Of a DNA stretch of 64,000 bases, positions 51,819-60,729 are shown one piece after another (the first letter of the stretch is position 1; each line of letters starts with the position of its first letter). Source of the stretch: an uncultured delta proteobacterium (GTDB taxonomy: Bacteria; Desulfobacterota; BSN033; UBA1163). Position numbers and translations under genes: made by a program. The stretch spans positions 448,001-512,000 of the forward strand of contig CAVPSJ010000017.1 in NCBI GenBank assembly GCA_963708295.1, written 5' to 3'. Under the pieces are notes generated by a model. The model had not been told where the DNA came from. It saw nothing but the letters and a program-made list of their open reading frames with translations, and ran no database searches.

Positions 51819-51906
51819 GTCGTTCCCGTGAAAACAGGAATCCAGGTTGAGGATATTGGATTCCCCCGTATCAAGTACGGGGCAGGCTTATCAAGTCCGG
51901 AATGAC
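51819..51906. repeat. GTCRTTCC...GGAATGAC palindromic element with nested 23-bp CAGG-ended hairpin
   Basis: GTCGTTCCCGTGAAAACAGGAATCCAG...TGGATTC[CCCCGTATCAAGTACGGGGCAGG]CTTATCAAGTCCGGAATGAC. Confidence 0.75.
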
Positions 51907-51998
51907 ACAATTGTGAAGGCATTTTTAAGATACGTTACTGGATTCAAGAATTCTCCGAATGGAGAGATCTTCTATATTTGTTTCTCTCCCACAATGGG

Positions 51999-53478
51999 TC
52001 AAGGTTTCTTTTGTCGTTCCGGAATGCCCGCGAGTTTTTTAACCATCTTCTTGCGTGATTCGATATCGTACTGGGTCGTGATGGCGATGGCCTCCATGAT
52101 GGGCGAGCCACCCCCGTGATAGGATCCAACCATATGAATTCCCCCGCTTGCAGAGCACAGGATGTCGCCAATGTAGCGCCAGAGCTGGGCCGCGTCTTCC
52201 GGGTGGATATCCGGGTTGCGGGTGATGTACTTGTAGAGAAGATCCTTAATTTCAGGGTTCATAAAATCTCCCTCATAGGGGAAGGTGGCCGGAATCCCGC
52301 CGGCGATGTCGCACAGAATCTCGGCCTCCCGGAAGACCGCCTCGCCGGTAAGGTTGCGGCCCACATTGGCGTAGATGGAATGGGGAATGTAACTCCCAGG
52401 GCCATAAGGCATCGGCCCCACCCCGGGGACGTACAACTCGGGTTTCCCCAGTTCGGAAGCCGTGAATCCGGCCGCATAACCGAGCTCCGATACCCGTATG
52501 ATCTCCGCCAATTTATCACGGACGTGCGGGGCCTTCGCAATACCGTTAAATTCTGCCGCCAATGCCACCGCCCCGAGCATTAAATCGCCCAACGCTGGTT
52601 TGCAACCGGAGTAGCTGTGGCGATGGAAGAGGGCGAAGAGCAGGGCACATGCTCCCCCTTGAGTCGCTTCTCCACAAAGGAAGACCCGCTCCCATGGGAT
52701 GAAACAATTGTCGAAGATCGTATAAGAGTCGGTATAGCCGGGAGCAAATCCCCTCTTGAAGTATTGGCGGTCGCGCAGGTTATGGATGGACACCACCTGT
52801 TTTACTCCTTCCCAATCCGCAGGAACGGCAAAGGCCACGGCCCAGTCTTTTTCCTCTCGCAGAAGAGCGCGGGTGGGAACGACCAGGATTTCGTCCGCCA
52901 CAGAAGCTTCGGAGATGTGCACCTTCGACCCCCGCACCACGATCCCGTCACTCTTCCTCTCCACCACATGGACATACAGGTCCGGGTCTTTCTGCTCGCT
53001 GGGCCGCTTCATCCGGTCACCCTTCACGTCCGTCTGCGCACAACAACCGACCAGATCCTCTCTTTGAAATCTCTCCAGCCACTTCACGAAGTTCTTATGG
53101 TATTGAGTGGCCCCGTTGTTTTGCTTGTCGGCCTCGTAAGACACATTATAGATCGCGTTGGTCGCATCGATTCCCATGCACCGCTGGATACATCCACCGG
53201 CCACCTGGCAAAGAGCTCGGGTCATATCCTGCTTCTTGTGTAAGTCCTCCTTACTCTGATGGACGTGACAGAACCGATTGATCTTCTCCCCGGTCAGATG
53301 AGATTTGGCCGTGTAAAGGTCTTCGTTTTTCGGGTCTGCGGCGTAATCGAAAGTCAACCCCATGGTATGAATGGTGGGCATTTGGATCTCATCATCCCGA
53401 GCGATCTTTTCACCGTTCACATAAATGTTGCGGCGCATCTTTACGTAACCCTTCGATGTACTGCTGTTTTGTTCTCAT
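51999..53478 (-). CDS. divergent 4-hydroxybutyryl-CoA dehydratase-like protein (HpaB/AbfD family); frameshift near 53440
   Basis: CIQRC, QTDVKGDR, HRHSYSGCK, HGGGSP; upstream MRTKQQYIEGLRK is in a shifted frame after GGAGG. Confidence 0.85.
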
Positions 53479-53527
53479 CTTTGTTTCCTCCTCTTCTTCT
53501 GGAACTGCTCCAGACCTCCCTCGGCGA

Positions 53528-54285
53528 TTATCCGAGACCGAAATCTCCTCTTGAATCAAGATCTTGTTCCACGGATGCCTCAGCTCCCGATTCGAGCAGC
53601 GCCAGGATGCTCCTGTATCTCTCCCGGGAGAGTTTGCGGTAAAGATGGTAGAAGAACAGGCTCATGATCTCTCTTCCCTGAGCAATCCTTTTCGAAAACT
53701 CCTCTGGGGAAAGTTTCCCAGGGCAGTCTCGATGTAATATTTCTGGGACATGATAGCGATCTCCCGGAACTTATCCAGGTAATGTTTGAGGGCTTCCGGA
53801 TCGAACCCGTCTTTGGGCCCTAAGCCGATGTTATCCATCTTCACGATTAATTTCCCGAGGGTAATATCATCCTGGGAATAGACCTTCGACCCATCACGGA
53901 CGCCGGGGTTGATAATCTTCCATTCTTCCATCTTGGCCAGCCATTTTTTTCCCAAACCCGTTTCGTTCCGGAAAAGGTCTTCACCTGCAATCTCGGTGGG
54001 CAGGAACTGATCTACGGGGCTGAAATACTCTCTTCGGAGATTGAGGAAAGATTGCCACTCGGCTGATTTTCGCTGCTTCCCAAAAATATTCTTGATCACC
54101 GCGAGTGGGAAAAAATACCGATCCTGGAGTTCTTTAATGAAGCGGATGCGCTCCACGAAGTGGTCATCATATTCCGCGACATTCTTTCCCTGTTTGCGGG
54201 GCTTGGGAAGGAGTCCTTCGCGGACGTAATAATGAATGGTCTCTTTTGAAACCCCGGAATGCTTGACCAGTTCCCGAATTTTCAA
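53528..54285 (-). CDS. MerR-family HTH regulator (frameshift near 53715)
   Basis: MKIRELVKHSGVSKETIHYYVREGLLPKP; second HTH-like repeat; shifted frame continues to TAA at 53528. Confidence 0.82.
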
Positions 54286-54532
54286 GAATTCTCCGATCAG
54301 ATTTTTTATTGAGTATTACTACATGCTATATATAAAAGTCAAGAGAAATCTGATAGCTAAGTAAATACATATTGACAAATATCTACTTATCATTATAAAG
54401 TGGCAACGGTGGAGGGTGGGAAAAATGAATTTTGCAGTTTCCATCGAATTCCAGGGATGAAGTCAGCACTAGGAATCAACCATCGGCTGGCAGATTTCAC
54501 ATCAAAAACCTAAAATTTGGAGGAGAAATTCT

Positions 54533-55688
54533 ATGGCCAAACGAATTCTCCGTACAGAACTTTGCCACATACTCGGAATTGAGTACCCTGTCATAGCGGC
54601 CGGCATGGGGCCGACACTGATCGGTGAGAATACGGGGGCTCCGGTCGAGTTGGTGGTGGCTGTCTCAGAGGCTGGCGGACTCGGAGTTCTGGGCGGGAGT
54701 GGCTTTACCATAGAGAAGTTGCGTGAGGCAATTCGGGAGATTAAATCAAAAACAAAGAAGCCTTACGGAGTGGATCTCCTCTTACCTCAAAAGCTGGACT
54801 TCGGTGGAGGGTTAGGCCAGAAAGGACCCAAGGAGTTGCCCCTGAGCGCGTTGTTGAAATCGCTGCCTAAACCTCATCAGGAGTGGGTCAAGAAAGTGAG
54901 AGAGGAACTTCAACTTCCGGATGTGGAAATCACGGTTAGGATGAATACAACGACCATGCGCCCTCAGGAAGCAATTCAAGTGTGCATCGACGAAAAAGTT
55001 CCGCTCTTCTGTGCCGGCCTGGGAAACCCAGGATTCATGGTGGAGCAGGCTCACGCCGCGGGCATGAAAGTTCTTGGAATCACCGGAAATGCAAAGAACG
55101 CACGCAGGATGGCCGAATCCGGAATCGACCTTCTGGTAGCCCAGGGATATGAAGGGGGAGGGCACACAGGCCGGATCGGGACGATGGCCCTTTTGCCCCA
55201 GGCCATCGATGCTGCCTACCCGGTTCCCGTCCTGGCTGCGGGGGGAATTGGCGACGGCCGGGGATTGGCGGCGGCCTTAGCCATGGGATGCGCAGGGGTC
55301 TGGGTCGGGACCCGCTTCTTAGCGACAGACGAAGGAGGAGCCCTCCCGGTGAATAAGAAACGGATCCTCGATTCCACGGATGAAGACACACGGGTGAGCA
55401 AATCGTATACCGGTAAAACGCTGCGGGCGAGCTATAATAGGTTCCACGATCTCTGGGAGGGTTCGGGATTGGAGCCTCTTCCCTTTCCCACTCAAGTGTT
55501 AATCTCTTCAGCCCTCCTGGGGAGTTTCATCGAGGGCCAAGAAGGACGATTACGTCGGCGGTCTCGCAGGCCAGATCTCCGGCCTCATCAAAGAGATCAA
55601 ACCCGCCCGGCAGGTGCTCGATGAGATGGTGGAGGAGGCCGTGGATATTCTCACCAGACGCCTTCCGGAAAACGTGGAGGCGAAATAG
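54533..55688 (+). CDS. nitronate monooxygenase/FabK-like FMN oxidoreductase (frameshift near 55535)
   Basis: AGGLGVLG, QGYEGGGHTG, AAGGIGDGRG, GTRF; shifted frame AGQISGLI...TAG at 55688. Confidence 0.87.
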
Positions 55689-55749
55689 AGACCTTCACCA
55701 GAGCTCCAGGATTCGGCATCGCCTCTAATAATAGAAAGGCTGTCTCATC

Positions 55750-56538
55750 ATGCCAGAGAATTTCATTCGAACGAGAATGAACTCCACCCCCACTGAGCCC
55801 CCGCTGCTTGAAGTGAAGGACCTCTCCCGGGACTTCGGGGGGTTGCGAGCGCTTGCTACGGTATCCTTTGGTATCACGCCGGGAGAGATCGTCGGTGTGA
55901 TCGGACCCAACGGCGCCGGGAAGACAACCCTCTTTGCTCTCCTCAGCGGTTTCCTCGCCCCTTCTGAAGGAGAAATAAGATTCAGGGAAACCCCGATTGC
56001 TGGAATGCGGCCGGACAAACTGTGTCATCTCGGGATAGCCCGGACGTTCCAGGTGGTCCGTCCGTTCCTGGAAATGACGGTCTTTGAAAATGTCAAGGCC
56101 GCTGCCGTTTTCGGAAAGCCGGGTCGCCGTACTGCCTCAGAGATCAATCGGGAGGTAGATGAGATCCTTGAAATCACCGGACTCTCCCCTCTCGCTCATC
56201 ACATTTCCCATTCGCTGAGCCTGCCGGAGCGCAAGCGGCTGGAAGTGGCCCGAACCCTGGCTACCCATCCCGAACTCCTTCTTCTGGACGAAGTTCTTGC
56301 AGGGCTGAATCCTCGGGAAGTTGAAGAAGCCATTCCCTTCATTCGCTCTCTCAATATGGAAAGAAAGATCAGCATTCTCATGGTGGAGCACAATCTTCGA
56401 GCCATTATGGGAATTTGCCGTCGAATCTTGGTCCTCAATTTCGGGCAACTCATCTTTGATGGCGCTCCGGAAGCTGCGGTGGAGAACCCGGAGGTCATCC
56501 GCGCCTACTTAGGAGAGAGAGAAGATGCTCAGGGTTGA
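55750..56538 (+). CDS. livG: LIV-type ABC ATP-binding protein
   Basis: GPNGAGKTT, LLLDE, EH, AYLG; start may be downstream (55777). Confidence 0.9.
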   Translation: MPENFIRTRMNSTPTEPPLLEVKDLSRDFGGLRALATVSFGITPGEIVGVIGPNGAGKTTLFALLSGFLAPSEGEIRFRETPIAGMRPDKLCHLGIARTFQVVRPFLEMTVFENVKAAAVFGKPGRRTASEINREVDEILEITGLSPLAHHISHSLSLPERKRLEVARTLATHPELLLLDEVLAGLNPREVEEAIPFIRSLNMERKISILMVEHNLRAIMGICRRILVLNFGQLIFDGAPEAAVENPEVIRAYLGEREDAQG

Positions 56539-57229
56539 GGGTCTCTCAGTTGGATACGGAGATGCGTATGTCCTTGGAAATATCTCCTTTCAAGTCCGTC
56601 AAGGGGAGATGACCTGCATTCTGGGTCCGAATGGCGCGGGAAAAACAACCCTCCTCCGTTCGATCACCGGGCTGACTCCTCCTGCCTCCGGCAAAATATG
56701 GTTCATGGGCGAGGAAATCCAAGGCAAGAAAACTCATCAGATCGTGGGCTTGGGAATGACAATGATTCCGGAAGGCCGGCGCCTGTGGCCGCCCCTTTCT
56801 GTTCGAGAGAACTTGGAGATGGGGGCCTACAGGGTTTCCGAGAAGTCAACCGTCCAAGAAAGGTTGGATTGGGTATTTTCATTATTTCCCCACCTGACCA
56901 GTCGCAAGGATCAGCTCTGCGGAACTCTTTCAGGAGGTGAACAGCAGATGGTCTCAATCGGCCGTGGGTTGATGGCGTTGCCAAAATTGTTGTTGATGGA
57001 CGAGCCTTCCTTAGGTCTCGCTCCGCTCGTCGTCCGCGAAATGTTCGGGGCGATTAAGAAAATTGTTCATTCCGGAACCACCATCCTGCTGGTGGAACAG
57101 AACACTCAAGTCGCACTTTCAGCCGCCCATTACGGATATGTACTGGAAAGGGGTATGATCGTATTGGAAGGGGAAGCGGATTTCCTGCGAGAGACTCCCC
57201 ACATCAAATATGCTTATCTGGGTCTTTAG
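56525..57229 (+). CDS. livF: LIV-type ABC ATP-binding protein
   Basis: GPNGAGKTT, LSGGEQQM, DEPSLGL, EQN. Confidence 0.92.
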   Translation: MLRVEGLSVGYGDAYVLGNISFQVRQGEMTCILGPNGAGKTTLLRSITGLTPPASGKIWFMGEEIQGKKTHQIVGLGMTMIPEGRRLWPPLSVRENLEMGAYRVSEKSTVQERLDWVFSLFPHLTSRKDQLCGTLSGGEQQMVSIGRGLMALPKLLLMDEPSLGLAPLVVREMFGAIKKIVHSGTTILLVEQNTQVALSAAHYGYVLERGMIVLEGEADFLRETPHIKYAYLGL

Positions 57230-57320
57230 GCACTTAGGAGTCGAAGCACCAAAAATGTAGTTATTGGGTCATTACGGCCAATGTTTGTAATACAAATCCA
57301 TTTAATTTTTTGACGAGAGG

Positions 57321-57368
57321 CCCCCTCGCCTCCCCTCTCCCCGATGGGGAGAGGGATAGGGTGAGGGG
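57321..57368. repeat. CCCCTC...GAGGGG hairpin element
   Basis: CCCCCTCGCCTCCCCTCTCCCC-GAT-GGGGAGAGGGATAGGGTGAGGGG. Confidence 0.72.
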
Positions 57369-57399
57369 TGACTCATGACGAACAAGGAAGGAGAAAAAA

Positions 57400-58592
57400 A
57401 TGAAACGGCGGATGATGAGCAAGCTCTGGAGTGTAGGTTTGGTCGTGGGTTTGTGTTTCGGAACGGCCTGGGCCGCGCCGGTCATCAAATTGGGCGCCCA
57501 TGCTCCACAGACGGGAAGCTTGGCCAAACATGGGATGGAGCAGATCAAAGGGATCCGGGTAGGAGCGGAAGAGTTTGAAAAGAAGCATAACATCAAGGTC
57601 GACTTGCGTGTCTATGATGACGAAAGCGATCCTCAGAAGGCAGTCGCGGCAGTGGAAAAGCTGGCGGGCGTCGACAAAGCCAACGCCATTGTCGGCGGAT
57701 ATGGATCCAACCTGGTGGGACCGGCATCGGAGGCAGCCGAGCGATATGACACGCCCTACCTGACAACCGGGGCGGTCGATAGCAAGCTTTCTGCAAAAAA
57801 ATTCAAGAACTTCTTTCGGCTGAATAATATGCCAGGCTATGCTGCGGCCCAGTCAGGGGCGATCAAGGAACTCTTCGGTGCCAAGAAGGTGGGGGTTCTT
57901 TACAACAGCCTGTCCGCTACGACTGAGATCGCCGAAGTGGTAAGGGATAAGCTGGCGAAAGCAGGTATTGAGGTTCCGGTCTTCGAAAAGTTCGAAAAGG
58001 GAACGACCAATTACAAGCCGGTTTTGCTCAAAGTCAGAGATGCCGGATGTGAGGTCCTTCTGGTGGAAGGATATTTCCCTGATTACGTAGGCACAATCAA
58101 GGACGCAAAGATCCTGAATCTGCCGGTAAAGGCGTACATGGGCGCATGGGGCATCGGCACGCCGGAATTTGTCAGGGAGTTAGGGCCCATGAGTGAGTAT
58201 ATCTATGGCACATCGATCTGGGAAATGGGAACAGCCCCAAAGGAGGCGAAGGCGGAGGAGGCAGAGTTTGTCGCCACCTATAAGACCAAATATAAAGAAG
58301 AGCCTTCCTATATCGCCATGCTCGGCTACCTCTCGGCGAAATACATGCTCCAGGCGATTGCTCAGGGCGGAGGAAAATCGGGAAATTATAGTCCGGAAAA
58401 GACCAGGACCGTGCTTCGGGCGATGGATACGGTGGGTCCTTGGGACGGGTTGCTTTTGACGACAAGGGTGAACCGAAATATTTTACAGCCATATTGTTCC
58501 AGACACAGAAAGGAAATCAGGTTGTTGTCTATCCCAAGGATCGGGCCATGGGAACCATTCAGTATCCTGCGGTTCCGTGGGGTGGAAAATAG
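57400..58592 (+). CDS. livK: LIV-family periplasmic binding protein (frameshift near 58440)
   Basis: Signal peptide, DDESDP, GGYGS; shifted frame ends VVVYP...YPAVPWGGK-TAG at 58592. Confidence 0.83.
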
Positions 58593-58838
58593 GCTGTTGC
58601 AGGTTGCTGGAGCAGCTACCCGCCGGGAACGTCTTCCGCACGCCTTCCCCGTGTCAAGCACGGGGCAGGCTTGTTGCAGCGTAGGTCGTAGGGAACGGTT
58701 TGAAACCGTACCCTACAGAGGGAGTCTGCAAAGGCATCAACTTGCATCTGCCTGCCTGCGCGAAGTCCCGACTTGCGGGACGAAGGCAGGGTCCTTGTCG
58801 AGCAACCTGGAGAAGATTATTTCTTCAGTAGGCTGTAG
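58590..58838. mobile_element. MITE-like family A, copy 3 (degenerate) carrying three nested inserts
   Basis: CAGGTTGCT...GTTGCAGCGTA...CTTGCATCTG...GAGCAACCTGG backbone; inserts at 58647-58669, 58688-58716, 58751-58790. Confidence 0.75.
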
Positions 58839-58868
58839 ATAAGAAAAGATGGTCCATAGGAAAAAGAA

Positions 58869-59742
58869 TTGATCACCACGACCAGTATCATCCAATCCAT
58901 CCTTTCTGGAATGTTGGAGGGGGTCAACTATTCCCTTTACTGCTTGGGACTGGCCTTTGTATTCGGCATCATGCGGATTATCAATATGGCTCACGGAGAG
59001 TTCCTGGTACTGGGTGGCTATATTGCTTATTGGCTGTTAGTAAAGTGGGGGCTTAACCCCCTTCTCGCCCTTCCCGTTAGCAGCGGCGATTGCCGCTGGG
59101 GCATCCTTCCTGAGTTACCGTGTTTTCTTACAGAGGATCCGTACCACTGCAGAACTGAATACCCTCATCCTGACCTTTGGGATCGGGATCTTTCTCTCCA
59201 ACCTCTATCTCCAGCTCTGGTCAGCGGACATCCGCAACATCGGCGTGGACTGGATGGAGAAACCCTTGAAGCTCGCCGGGATCTACATCAGCTTGGGAGA
59301 GATCATCACCTTCGCAATCTCTTTTGCCGGAGTTCTGGCGCTCCACTCCTTCCTCCGCCATACCAAGACGGGGAAAGCCATCCGGATCACGGCGATCGAT
59401 CGCGATGCGGCGACGCTCGCTGGAATTAACGTCGAAAGGGTTGACCTTCTCGCCTTCAGCATCGGCGGGTTGCTTGCCGGTCTCGGAGGACCCCTGCTCG
59501 GAATGCTGTCATTTGTCAGCCCGGGAACAGGCATCCACATTACGGTCAAGGCCTTTATCCTTACGGTTCTGGCAGGGGTGGGTTCCATCCGAGGATTGAT
59601 TGCAGCCGGAATGATCCTCGGCATAGGAGAGGCCATGACCGTGACGTTCGTCAGCTCCTCCTACCGGGAGTTGTTCGGGTTCGTGCTCTTTCTCGTTATT
59701 CTACTGGTTCGGCCTTCAGGGCTATTTGGAAAGAGGATATAA
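58869..59742 (+). CDS. livH: LIV-type ABC permease (frameshifted)
   Basis: GLAFVFGIMRIINMAHGE ... RPSGLFG across two or three frames. Confidence 0.85.
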
Positions 59743-60715
59743 GTGAAATCCTTTCTTCCATTCGAATTGTCAGAGAAAAGGGTTGCCCTTCTAACCATGG
59801 TTGTGGTTCTGGCCCTCCCGTTCGTCCTTTCCTTCAACCCCTACTACTTGAGCATCTTTATTTCGGCCCTCATCCTCGGGTCTGTTTCTTTGGCCTGGAA
59901 CTTGCTCGCAGGAGTATGCGGACAGGTCTCCTTCGGGCATGCGGCCTTTTTCGGAATTGGCGCCTATGCCTCTGCCCTCCTCGTGGTGAAAGCAGGGTGG
60001 AACCCCTTCCTGGCCATGGCAGGGGCTGCAATGCTCGGGGTCCTCGGAGCGCTGATCATCGGGATTCCTGCCTTTCGATTGCGTGGGCCCTACTTCGCCC
60101 TTTCCATCCTCGGCTTCGCAGAGGTGATGAAGCTCCTTACGTTGAACCTCACTCACTTGACAGAAGGTTCCAAAGGAATCTTTAACATTCCCTCGCTGCC
60201 ATCGATCACATTGGGAAAGATGACCTTTGATTTCTATGTTTCCAGGACGACCAATTATTATATGGCTGCTGTCCTGATGTTTGCCATCTATACTGTCGAT
60301 CTATTTGATTCGACATTCGAACATGGGACTGGCCATGTCAGCGGTTCACGGCGATGAGGAGACGGCTTCCGGGATCGGCGTCCCGGTTTTTAAGACCAAG
60401 ATCACCGCCCTCACGGCATCCGCCTTCTGCACCGCTCTGATGGGCGCCTTTTATGCCCACTACGTCCATTTCCTCAGTCCTGATTCCGCATTCGATGGGT
60501 TCTGGTCGGTCATGCCCATTGTGGGATCGCTTTTTGGAGGAATGGGCACGCTGATCGGGCCGAGCATCGGAGCACTCGTGATCACTGGATTGGATGAGTT
60601 CGTCTTTAAAAGATTCTTCGAGACCGGCCATAAACTTTTTTTCGGGCTTCTTTTGGCCATTGTCATCGTGTGGGCCCCGGTGGGTTTACTAGGCAAGTGG
60701 GTCAAGAAAAGATGA
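59743..60715 (+). CDS. livM: LIV-type ABC permease (frameshift near 60295)
   Basis: WNLLAGVCGQVSFGH, LRGPYF; GGMGTLIGP...PVGLLG in the next frame. Confidence 0.85.
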
Positions 60716-60729
60716 AGAGGTGGAGAGAA

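Noticed and set aside
51999-53478. 4-hydroxyphenylacetate 3-monooxygenase (HpaB)
   Set aside because: It retains the Fe-S Cys/His ligands of AbfD and sits in an anaerobic CoA context without a flavin reductase.
44186-53478. Programmed frameshifting or Sec/Pyl recoding in split genes
   Set aside because: Breaks change frame rather than reading through UGA/UAG, lack consistent slippery or SECIS signals, and hit many unrelated genes.
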